Shown in pieces: positions 32,816 to 44,029 of a stretch of 64,000 nucleotides of DNA (positions are counted from its first letter, which is position 1; every line of letters begins with the position of its first letter). The position numbers were made by a program, and so were the translations under genes. The notes below the pieces were generated by a model. That model ran no database searches, was not told the origin of the DNA, and worked only from the letters and a program-made list of their open reading frames with translations. The DNA is from Chlorokybus atmophyticus (taxonomy: Eukaryota > Plantae > Mesostigma and Chlorokybus algae), in assembly GCA_009103225.1 (NCBI GenBank), contig RHPI01002368.1, positions 1 through 64,000 of the forward strand, given 5' to 3'.

Positions 32816-33589
32816 ACTTGTTGCAATGCTGGTACCTACTTGTGGGGAAAACACATGTGAGGCTGACGACAAGTGATACGATTTGGTGCTGTGCGCTCTG
32901 AGTGATGAAAATGCGTTGCTGATAATGCTAACAAGAGCAAGTCAACAAGCCACCCCCCTTGTGAACTGGGGAAGTCTCTGCTGCAGTGAGCAGTCTTCAA
33001 ACACTGCACTGGTAGTGTCATCCTACCACTTACCTGGTAGTTTTTTGAACCTACCATGCATGCATGCATGCAACTGGTAGTTTCCTCTGTAGTAGCACTG
33101 CAGGCAGCAGTCGATTGGTGGATAAACTAATTTGTAGACTGTTTTTTAATGGTCTTATACTTATATATGCATGCGAAACCCAAGCACACTTCCCTTCTAT
33201 TGAGGTTAATAATACAATAACCCCTTTGGCCTACGCCGTGTACCATAACCTGATTGTGGACACAATAAACGGAGCATTAGCTAGTTGATGTAGCTGCAGC
33301 TGCAGCTGCACATCAACTGCATGTTAGCAGCAATATGCACACAATTGCCCACTTGACTGGTTGCCAGCAGCAAGCAACTAGAGCGCCAGTTACAGCTAAG
33401 TTATAGGTAATGCATGCGTCGCGGTCCGCGGTGCATGTTCGTTGCGGTAGCGTTTGCAGTGCTGGCTATCTTATTGCAGAATTTGCTGAGATTTGGACAA
33501 GCTACTACACATGCAAGGAGCTGGTGCAAGCATGAGGACAAGCATACACACGCTACATTTTGCGCATGCACACAAGGCTGATTCAAAAG

Positions 33590-35035
33590 GCTTTCTTAGG
33601 ATTACATTAAAGTCATACCGCGGGCTTTTGTACCCGCCAGTCACACACCTCTCTACTCTAAAAGTCACCACAACTTCTACACTTACCAACCAATGCTTGC
33701 ACTCTAAGTTGCTCCACGTAGCTATTTTGAAGAGCTTTTCAACAAGCTATGCCATGCGCCATATGGTAACGTAACCACCGAGCTACAAGACTTCTACCGC
33801 CACGCCCAGAACCTTCTAGACTCGAAACTCATGTCCGCGCCTAGGCCTTCAACCGAAGTCCGCGCCATGCGCCATATGGTAACGTAACCACCGAGCTACA
33901 AGACTTCTACCGCCACGCCCAGAACCTTCTAGACTCGAAACTCATGTCCGCGCCTAGGCCTTCAACCGAAGTCCGCGCCTGCACCCTTCTCGACTGGAAC
34001 TTCCTCGCGCTTGAATCTTCTCGCGCATATTCTTATCCATCGAGCAAGCTAGCGGGTACAAGAATATCCTCAACACTCCCACGTGGGCAGCTTGGCCTTC
34101 AACACCCTTAATGCCATCTCCTTGCGTACTCGTGTGTGACAAACTCCCACGCCATCCTTTGCTCTTCCAACCATCTTAAAGACACTTCCCGCACCTTTCA
34201 TGAGCGTCTTCTTGAAGCTCTTTACTTGCAAACCCTTGTTGCAACTCTCATAGACATTTGCATGTGCTCCCACGTACTCACTCTTGGCAACGTCCTGCAC
34301 AACACCAACGCCATGCTTCCTGTCCTTTCTTATCCACCATAGTGGTCATCTTTGCTATCTCCTGCATGTGCTCCCATGCTCGCCTTCGGCACACCTGCAC
34401 CATATGCACAGAAACGTCTCCACTCCTCTTTCTTCTCATGGTCCGTGCTCATGTCAGCTCCCTTGGCTCCCATGGATTCAAAATTGCTCCTCTTGTCAGT
34501 GACACCATCAGCAACCTCCACTCCTTCCGAACACTTGTCGCCATTGCGAACTCTCGTCGCCCTGATAACCTCCAGCCTTATGGAATCCTTCACCTTCACA
34601 CTTGCGGACGCTCATGCCGCCCTGGAAAAACTTCAATCATGTGCAAACCTCCACCTTCACACTTGCGAACACTCACGCCACTTGTGCCACGATTTTCGCA
34701 CCCTTCTTTTCGAACTCACATGAACGCCACACCTCTAGGCCTTTCTCATGCTTCTTCACGAGCCTTCACTTGCAGTCACCTAAGGACCTTCTTGTCCACC
34801 GTCAATACTGCCTTTAAGCCTTCTCATGCTTCTTTCACCAATCATACTGCTCCTCCATAAACATCACCGTGATGGTCCAGCAACATCTTCATTCTTCATG
34901 TCGTGGTTGTCTACATGTAAACTCCTCGATACACTTGTCGTAGTTGGTTGCAATCTTCCAGAATTTACCCTAACCTCACAAGACTCAGCTAGAACTCCCG
35001 CTTAGCTTACTACCGCTATCACACCTCTAGACACT
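33590..35035 (+). mobile_element. Unclassified repeat family, copy 2, with an internal 113-bp tandem duplication (33751-33978)
   Basis: Shared motifs as above; gccatgcgccatatggtaacg at 33751 and 33864. Confidence 0.55.
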
Positions 35036-35037
35036 TG

Positions 35038-37661
35038 CTATACCAGCGTAGTGTGGGCCCATAACCTGTTAAGATTCGGACAATCAACTACAAAAAGGGG
35101 GCGTGTGGTGAGGAGGGGACAAGTGGGAAAATGGCGTGTGCTGGGGAGGAGGGGGTCTATTGTGAGGAGGAGACTTATGAAAAGCGGGAGGGGTCCTATG
35201 GTGAGGTGGGGATGGGTGGGGAGTTGGCTTGTAGTGCGGGGGTGGGGGCCTACGGTGAGGGGGAGGAGGCTTATGGTGAGGGGGAGGGGGCCTATGGTGA
35301 GGAGGAGGGGACTGGTGCCACCCAGTGGGGAGTTGGCTTGTGGTGCGGGGGAGGGGGCCTGGGGTGAGGAGGAGGGGGCGGATGCGGTGGAGACGGAGAG
35401 GGAGGAGGAGGTGGAGGTGATGGTGAAGGTGGGGGTGGAGATGGAGGTGGAGGTGGAGAAGGAGGTGGTGGGGGTGGTGATGGAGGAGGAGGCGAAGGTG
35501 GAGGCATAAGCTGACTCTAATCTGGCTGCACAGTCCAGCTCATCCAAAAATTTATCTAGCAGACGCTGTTGGAGCGCCGTATGCGCATATAGCCGTCCTC
35601 TCCCCACCAAGTGCCCCATTGGTTTAGGATAAGCCAGTAAGGTAAGCCACTGGATTCATCAGTGCCGAAGCCGACAACGAAAATTGCATGGTTATGGTTA
35701 CCGGTCTGACAATCATTGTCACCAATATACACGCCACTAATACAATATTGGAAGCTATCCGTCACTCTTATTGCAATACATGTTGGCTGCTTGCACATGG
35801 ATTGCGCACACCGCAAGTGGTTGGCAACAGAGCCCAAACACCCAGTATGACGTGTACCACAGTAGCAATGTCACTAGCCAACCAGGGAGCGCTACCTAAC
35901 CACACAACACGCAAAAGTGTGGCAAACACGTAACAAGAAGTCACCCGAAAAAACCTCGAGGAAGATATTACGAAAGTATCTGTTGTATAACTAAGATTCC
36001 GAGTTACCAACAAAGTCGAAGCGGGTCTCACAAGCACCTGTCAGAGTAATAGGCAAGTTACTAGCGGTCATCTTTGATTTAATGAGTAAGTTGTTACCAA
36101 CAACTTGTTAGCCATCATGCACAACCGGCTGAGGGGTTGTTTGAGGGGAACGAATTTGGTACCTTGCTGTGTCACATATGGGTAGCTGTCCTCCTTAGCC
36201 AAACCGCCATTTACGAGCATCCACTAGTAGATATTAAAATTTGACTCACCATGGCAACCATTTGTAAAAAAGAAGTTTTCCCAGTCTACCAACTTCTGTG
36301 CGCTCAGCGACACGAGCTCCCATGTGGTAATGATGTTGATGGCTTCGACTGCTCCCGTCGCCGCAGATGCCCAGCAACTTCTGCACTGAAGAAGAGTTGC
36401 ATATGAAGGTATGCAACACAACACACATCAGAAGAGAATATGCCCACAGCCGTGTACAGACAAACGCATGCGAACAACATGTATGCACGTACACGTGCCT
36501 CTTCCAAGCCCGTGACGGGAGTGACGGCACCATATTGACGCCAGTCCATCCCGTTAGGGGTAGGGCATATCCCGTAGTATAGTAGTCGGCGAGCAGCTCG
36601 ACCATATTGATGACCTGTAGATGATATCTGTCAAGTGAATGTCCCAACCATATATATTAGGCTAGGTATCCCGCGGTTCTGCTTAGAAGCATGCTGTACC
36701 TGTGCCTGAACACCCCTGGCTGCACGGGTAGCATTTGTGATGATAGTATGGGTTCCCCACATCATGCGTTTGAAGGCTTGGGTGGAGGGAAGCATGCATA
36801 TCCGCACGCGCATTCATGGCCAGCTGGTTGCAAACGTGTTAGGCTCAATGCGGCTTTGCAGCAATTGCACAAAACCAAGACCGACTAGGCCTCAGCAGTT
36901 ACAGAAATACTTGACGCTTGAGATACACGTGATAGCACTGGTGAGCAGCAGTCACAACAGTAGTAGCAGAAAATATTGCAATTGCTCACCCAGTACAAAG
37001 CATTCGCGTTTTAGTTGTGCTTCATCACGCGCTCCACCGTCCACTTCCATGTGGTGAACACTGCTTTGCGCCCTTGTTGACCATAAGGCATGCCATTAGC
37101 AGCACACAAACATCACCCACCAGCAATAGCAGTGCGCTCTGCATGCAAGCGTATAGATGTTATGCATGTGCACACCAATCTACAAGCTAGCAACTTCCAC
37201 CATGGTGCACCACTGTGGCAGTTGCTACACCAAGTTGCCTCAACGCTGACATACGATTGTCGTACTTTACGCACCACGTGGCAATAGATGCCTCTGAGTC
37301 GACCTGTTAAGGGGCGGTAGACAGAATTACAATTACAATTCTGGGTCTTGCCATGCAACTTTGATATGCATGCTGCTGCTAGCATGCAGGTAGCTATCAT
37401 CTTGGGCATGTTGCAAGCCTAGACGCTTGCAGGCATGCCTCTCTGCGCCATGCATAAGCAACAATGACAACGACTACAGTTGCAAGCCAGCTGCATGCAC
37501 ATTGTCACCGTCACTTGAGCCTCGATGGCATAGCGGAGGGCTTGCATGCGGCCTTTGTGGAAGGAGGGCGCCGTTGCGGCGCACGCGGACGGCGCCGCCC
37601 AGCAAACTGCTGCTACCACCAAGGCAGCTAGCAGCAGGGGCACAGGCTTGGCCGCCGTCAT
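35038..37661 (-). pseudogene. Papain-family (C1A) cysteine protease with signal peptide and Pro/His-rich extensin-like tail, frameshifted
   Basis: MTAAKPVPLLLAALVVAAVCWA signal; MDWRQYGAVTPV; SCWASAATGAVEAIN; NHAIFVVGFG; YWLILNQWGTWWGEDGYMRI; then (SPPPP)n and PPPHHR/K repeats. Confidence 0.85.
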
Positions 37662-38749
37662 TGGAGGTTCCTCACTCAACCGCACTCAGCTGCCTCGATC
37701 AGCTTTCTGATGTACTGCGCCGACAGGCGCGGCCCGCAATGCATTTTGCGGGCCGCAACTGTCGGGCGTGCGGCCCTAGGACGTCCCACATTATTGTTGC
37801 AGTACTGGTAAGGTCAAATGCCCTTATTTCGGCGCTTGCCCTTATTTTACAATGCCGGTTTTTGAGCGTTGTCTGCGCTGTTTTAATTGGAAGGCGATGG
37901 GCTCTTGTGGGCTGTTAAATACGTTCCATAATGACCGTCCAATTCAAACGGCATCGCGTTTAAAGCAGTATAGCGGGAGATATGAATTTTTGTTAAAAGC
38001 TTGTAACTGAAATCACTTTTAAATGGCAATGCCTTTTGGGGTGCGGTTTGTTGCATCGCTCAGTTTACTCAACAAAGCAACTTATTATAGAGTTTCAGCC
38101 TAATTGATTAAGATTTGAGCAAGTTAGTGTGGCAAGCCTATCGCTTGTCGTTGTAACATTTTTAAAATCTGTAATAGCTATATATAACCCTTGATTGGGG
38201 GTAGCTATTAACGTGAAGTTTATTGCATGGTTTTAGTTAATAGGAATTACAACTTATCACAAAACTGCAGCCTATTTAGATAGGAAACGAAAAAGTTAGT
38301 GTGCCACCCCTAACGCAACCAATTGTAAAGTGCAAACTATCATATGGGGGTGTTTGCTGCTTGTCGTAGCGCGTGTGAGTTGGTTTCGCTGTTGTGCTGA
38401 GTGTTAGCTGCTACTTTGCGTGGATGCAAGTAGTGGGGCCTATGCTGGCATGCAAGTTGCTGTGTGAGCACACGGACTTGGTGGGAGGGAGTTGCATTGC
38501 AAGGAGGCTATGCCTACACAAGTAAGTTGCTGTTTACTACACTAGGCTAATGCTATGCTTGTCTACTGTTGGGCTCAGAGGTCTTTTCATCCTCGCCCAT
38601 GTGGTTTACCTATTACCAGCATGTTAATGTGCCTCATCTCAAGCACTCTGTTGGCAGGTGAGAAGGACTGCAGCAGGCATTGCCAAACAGGTTCAGCTGC
38701 GCGCAAAGGCACAGCTGAACCAACACAAGAGGGGGCCATACATGAAGAG

Positions 38750-38820
38750 AAAGGAGAGAGAAGCATGTCGGCGTGTGAGGCTGCATCGTCCTCACACGCC
38801 GACATGCTTCTCTCTCCTTT
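38750..38820. repeat. Perfect 31-bp inverted repeat with 9-nt loop
   Basis: aaaggagagagaagcatgtcggcgtgtgagg-ctgcatcgt-cctcacacgccgacatgcttctctctccttt. Confidence 0.92.
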
Positions 38821-39163
38821 CCTGCATGAGAGATTGGCCTGCCAGAGTCAACCATGAAGGACTACGTCGCTGACCCTGCACGCTTAGACAATTACAAGTG
38901 AATTCTGGTTCTGTGCATGTCATCTGTTACATGCTTGTAAGTGCCACTATGCCAGGGGTCATGCTTACACATGTCATGTTTTCGAGGAGCGGGGAGGCCT
39001 ACCTTGCTTACTGTTGACGAGGAGTGCAAGTTGGTGCAGCTGCTTGCATGGCAGAATAATATTGGGTGTGCTATGACGCAGTACGACATCTAAGTGCACG
39101 TAGGCAAAACTGCTCTTCAACGATGCAAGACGATGGCAGCTCAAAGATGGCATACCTGGTGCA

Positions 39164-39499
39164 AGATGGGTCCGCCTCTTCATGAAGAGGCACAAGCTCA
39201 GCAAGGGTAAGGCAGAAGCTGTGGTTGTCAGCAGGCGCCACAGCTTTAGAAGCTGGATGGTCAAGGATTTGTTTAAGCGCCTGAAGGAGGTCCTTGACTT
39301 CATGAAGATTGGGCCTGACAGTATCATCTCCAGATGGGTCCGCCTCTTCATGAAGAGGCACAAGCTCAGCAAGGGTAAGGCAGAAGCTGTGGATGCCAGC
39401 AGGCGCCACAGCTTTAGAAGCTGGATGGTCAAGGATTATTTTAAGCGCCTGAAGGAGGTCTTTGACTTCATGAAGATTGGGCCTGACAGTATCATCTCC
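39164..39499 (+). repeat. In-frame 168-bp tandem duplication within the transposase
   Basis: agatgggtccgcctcttcatgaagagg at 39164 and 39332; the 56-aa peptide is repeated. Confidence 0.92.
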
Positions 39500-40290
39500 T
39501 GCGACGAGATAGGCATTGAGCCAAACTCCACCTGGAAAAACACACAAGTCATAGTGAAAAGGTTAGTATTATGCACGTACATGATGATTTTGACCTGTAG
39601 CATTCACACATGCCCCTTGGTGCGGCATAACTGCCGCGTCATTGGCCAGAATTTGATTTGAAAAATAGCTACGTGTAGGCAACTTGATAAGCTATCATTC
39701 ATTCACTCACATCACCGCCAAAAAACAAACAACATAACCGCTGTAATGGCCCAAACCTTATTTAGCCGAATTAGGGCATTTGACCCTAGTGTACTGCTAA
39801 TCCAAGCGCACCTGGCATCGCCCCGCCGCCGAGGGCAAGTCGCCGAGGACGCTATGTTATAATAGAGGGAGCTCTAGATCTAGACCTCGAACCGACGTTC
39901 GTTACGTCACAGCAGAAGGCTCCGCGGGCCTGCGGTTGTCCTAGTGACTCGTACAGGCCAAGTGATAAACGGCTCAGCGTTATGACTGCTGTCCGTGGCA
40001 TGCCCCGTTGCAGAAAATTGTTTTGTCTTGGCACATCTTACTTCAATGACAGATTTATGACCAGCATGTATCAACGCATGCCCTTTTTGTAAATGATATG
40101 AGCATAGGTATGCTACTACCAAGGCCTTGCATGACATGGCATGGTCACTTATACTCTTGGTAATAGCACATCTAATTTCTTGGATGATGTATTGCACACC
40201 TGATGAGCTTACGAGCATATTAGCCGCTGCTGCCTATACATGCCCCATAAGGGGCTATTACGTCCACACATGGAACGCTCTCATTCGCAT

Positions 40291-43200
40291 GGGGCCTGCC
40301 GGGTGTGCCAGTACTGGCACAAACAGTTTGTGCCTGTACTGGCACCTGCCTTTTGAGGCTAGACCCCAACAGCTCCAAAACGGGCACAAAACGGCTTGTG
40401 CCCGCAATGGATGCTAACTTACCTACTGGTTAATGGCAGAAGCGGTTCATAATTGGAACGAGCACCAATTTTCAAGCCAAGACGGGCACGGTTGCAGACC
40501 AGTGCCATGCTTGGTCTAAATCTAAGTGTGCCAGCATTGGCACATAAGAACTATGTGCCATGACTGGCATATGCATTATGAGGTATTAGCATGTGCCAGT
40601 GCTGGCACCAATGTTGATTATGCTATTGGATTTACCCAATGTATTTAGGATTTTCACTACTGTCCCTGTACCTTGCTGAGGGACTGGCCTAACACCCTCG
40701 GTTCGGCTGCGGAGGTAGATATTTTTGCCTGCCTGCTTGCCTACCGATGCACCGGCCAGCTGGCCATTGCCGTGCCCTGCGTAGTTGTTAAATTGTCTAG
40801 TATCAAGTTCACAATGTTAGCTGGGCTAAAACCCCTTGCGTGGTAGCATGTTTCATTTACCATGATTTAGCAACATTAAAAAGGGCATTTTACGCAACGC
40901 TTTCCAAGTACACCATAAAAGCTGTGTCAACACCAATATGAGCAACTATTATAAAAGTCACAGCCATAGCTATAGCTACAACTACAACTACACGGCGACT
41001 GCTATGGCAATTGTCATCATTGCTCCCTCCACAAGCTGTACCTCCTGTGCAGCGTTGCGACCATATGAGGATTAGCACACCAGCATCAGACTGGCAGACC
41101 AATACACCTAGACCATCAGGTTTACAACAAGCAAGTCTACTCAGTGGGTCTAGATCCAGTCTTGTGCTAGAATCAGACCAAGTCGTCAAGCCAATATTCG
41201 ACTCGCCCACTAGCAAGACCTACAAGGCAAACGCAGCCTAAATTGAAGGTTTAACTTGCTGGTCTGCTAAGCTAGACCATTAGAGAATCAGTAGGAGACA
41301 TAAGGCAAGTGGTAGCAAGCTACATTGGACAAGCTTAAGTGTTGATTATCCCGATAGACCTTCCTTGCGGCTTGCACTGTTGAGATGAATGATGACAAGC
41401 TCACACAAGCATATGTGTGCATACCACAACAACACCAATGTCAAGGATACAATGCACTACAGGACCTTAGCATACGCACATGCTATATCGTGACTAGAGA
41501 CTCTTCTCCAACAAGAGAGTTCTACAAAGTTCCACAGAGTTCTTGTCTACTACAAGTCCGCGGGCTTTTATACCCGCCAGCTACACATGCCTCTACATTG
41601 GAGGCCACTGTGTCTAGCATACTTCATCAAATGCTGCACGCTACATTGCACCACGTAGCCAACTTCAAGAGCTTTCCAATAAGCCGCCATACATGCCATA
41701 TCATATGCCCTATATGGCCAAGTTATCATCGAGCTGTCATCATGCTTCTTGCCTCGCCTAAACCTTCTAGACTCCAATCCGCCTGAACCTTTCAGACTTC
41801 AATCCGCGCCGCGCTTGGACCTTCTAATGTCTTCGCCTGGAATGTTTTGGGGGCTATTCTTATGTAAAGGGCAAGCTGACCGACTCACCTATTGACCTGC
41901 ATGTAGGAATATCCTCAACATGCACAAATTGTCATACCCCTAAAGAAAAAGTTAAAATGAAGGAAGACACACATAGCTAAAAACGCAAGCACGCTCATAT
42001 GACCATGCACGCACGCACTTGTGTGTTTGCGCACGCGCTGACCACACTGACTTGAATAACAAAGGACGACACATCAAGTACAAACAAGCATGTCTGTGCG
42101 CATAAATGCGCTCACAAAAAGAATTTGCTAAAACGGATTGAGCTTGAAACCGCAGGCTTCCACAACGGATGAAGTGAGATTGAATCTCCTGCATAAGGGA
42201 ACATACCGTGTAAAAGGAAACGTGTGCAGCAGCTGCAAGGCAAGAAACGTAATGATAAAAAATAAACATGAAGACACAAAGTCAGGCTTACTTAACACAG
42301 TCAGCCACGCTTACAGGCTGTCACAATACACGTCCATCAACACACAAAAGCTGTGGCCAATGACGGTTGACTTGGGCAACAAGCTATTTAACTTAACACG
42401 TTGAACACATGCAGCTCATTGCAATTTCAGCTGACATCTCACCATCAAATTCAGCTTGGGCAGCTAAGTCGTCACGCTAAAATTGCTACCTGCCGCAATA
42501 TACAACCTACACACACAGCACAACATGCGAGTTAAGGTCGGAGTTAATGTTACCGTAAGAGAGGGAGCAGCAGGCAAAATGCAGCAAGTTGTCAGCTTGC
42601 ATTAAGCTGTGAGGCTGAGCCAAGCAGCCTGATGCAAGCAAGCAGACACAGAGTTTCAAGCTAAACTGAAGAAAGAGATTCAAAGCAACAATTTGCATCA
42701 GGCGACAAGTTGCTGGCTTGCTGCAGAGCAAGCAGACATAAAGTAAAGTAAGGGATAGCAAGAGAAATAGGAAGCAAGCTGCTCGCCTGCGTCAAGCTAA
42801 GCCGCTAGACAGCTTGATGGTAGCTGCTTGCTGCGTGTTGCCTGCAACACCATGTAAATCATAAAATTATTTTACAAACAAGCTCGCACCTGCAAATCCA
42901 ACACAGCCCGCCCGCCCACCCAGCAGCTCAGGCCGGCGGCACCACATCCACAAATCTGAGCGAAAAACCTACAGGAATAACTTGGGCTAGGCTACAAGTT
43001 GTAGGTTTCAACCTCAGTCATTAATAATTTACGAAATGTTGGTCAAAGTGGTTACGTATGTGTACTAACTAACTTGTTTAGCCTGATCGGTAAAAAATGT
43101 TGGTATGTATGTAACCCGATATTTGTTAAAACTTACAATGTGACAGCGCACAAGTTAATGATAATACCGACTCACCCAATACTTATCCGATATATACTGA

Positions 43201-43528
43201 GTGAGTCAATACCTATCTGGGCCTTTTGGCATGAACCCGGATAAGACTGGGTTTTTATAAAAGCTTTCGCTTGGACTAAGCTCCTATGGACTACGGAGTT
43301 TATGCCAGTCTTAGGGTTTCAAGGGCTAATGTCAATGTTGACATTAATCCACATAATGTTAACACTGGCACAAACTACTTGGACCATTATTGATTATAGC
43401 TTGTGCCAATGTTAACACGGGCTTACTTATGTGCCATTGATGGCACATAAGTTGTGCCATAATAGGTCTGTAATTTATATACCAGTAATGGCACAGTTTG
43501 TGTCAGTCTTAGCACGGGCGCTAGCCCC
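40291..43528. mobile_element. Putative non-autonomous TIR element with GTGCCA/TGGCAC subterminal repeats and nested insertions
   Basis: Imperfect TIRs GGGGC..GC..GTGC.A.ACTG.CACAAAC at both ends, AT on both flanks; gtgcca/tggcac repeats at 40300-40620 and 43350-43510. Confidence 0.45.
41450..41920 (+). mobile_element. Unclassified repeat family, copy 3 (partial)
   Basis: ccgcgggctttatacccgccag, ttcaagagctttc, aaccttctagactc, aagggcaagctgaccg shared with copies 1 and 2. Confidence 0.55.
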
Positions 43529-44029
43529 ATGTGATTGTCAAACTGCCGCTCTCATGGCGATGTCATTACTTTTATACATACTTGTCATGTAGCAAAGGCT
43601 CGACTGCGGAGTGTGCTCGCAGTGGGGATGCGCGTTGCAGTGTATAAGCATGTGCGCGAGCATTGCTGTGGAGTCACATGTTTTAGGGCCAACAACCAGG
43701 CTGTTTTTTACCGTGGAAATGTTCCAATGCTCCATTGCGCACCTGGATGAGGCGGAGCGACTGCAATGCAGCGCGCAGGCGCATGTGGCTGCCCACATAG
43801 GTCAGAGATCTCTGCATAGTGTTGTGGACTCTATTGTGCATGCCTCGTGCAGGTGTGGTGGGTGTTGGGCCAGGTGTTGCAATCCAGACAAGTGAGTGGA
43901 CACCCAGCCAAAGACTTGGTGCAACAGAGTGGAGCCTGCCAACGGCGGCAGGTCTTGCACTGGTGAAGGTGCCCGTGTGTAAGTTGTAGGCACGTCTTCT
44001 GTCAGCAAAGGTGGCGAGGTGAAGTCATA

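Larger units (their letters stand above)
38660..39560 (+). pseudogene. Fot1-like pogo transposase N-terminus (HTH-psq, Tc5-type HTH, start of DDE)
   Basis: IGLPESTMKDY, GRPTLLTVDEECKLV, WVRLFMKRHKLS, YFKRLKEV, IISCDEIG. Confidence 0.75.

Noticed and set aside
35050-35300. Periodic TAA/TAG in a Pro-rich frame suggesting stop-to-Gln code reassignment
   Set aside because: The adjacent frame reads openly as PPPHHR/K repeats; other stops replace Ser, Trp or aromatic residues; the long ORFs and the host gene use CAG/CAA for Gln.
39900-40280. Continuation of the second Gypsy element (RNase H-like HIIYKKG)
   Set aside because: Too degenerate to support; no flanking RT or RNase H motifs are recognisable.
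43242-43313. Three-way-junction fold resembling a hammerhead ribozyme
   Set aside because: Stems pair (taagactgg/ccagtctta, aagc/gctt, taagctcc/ggagttta) but the CUGANGA, GAAA and UH core is absent.
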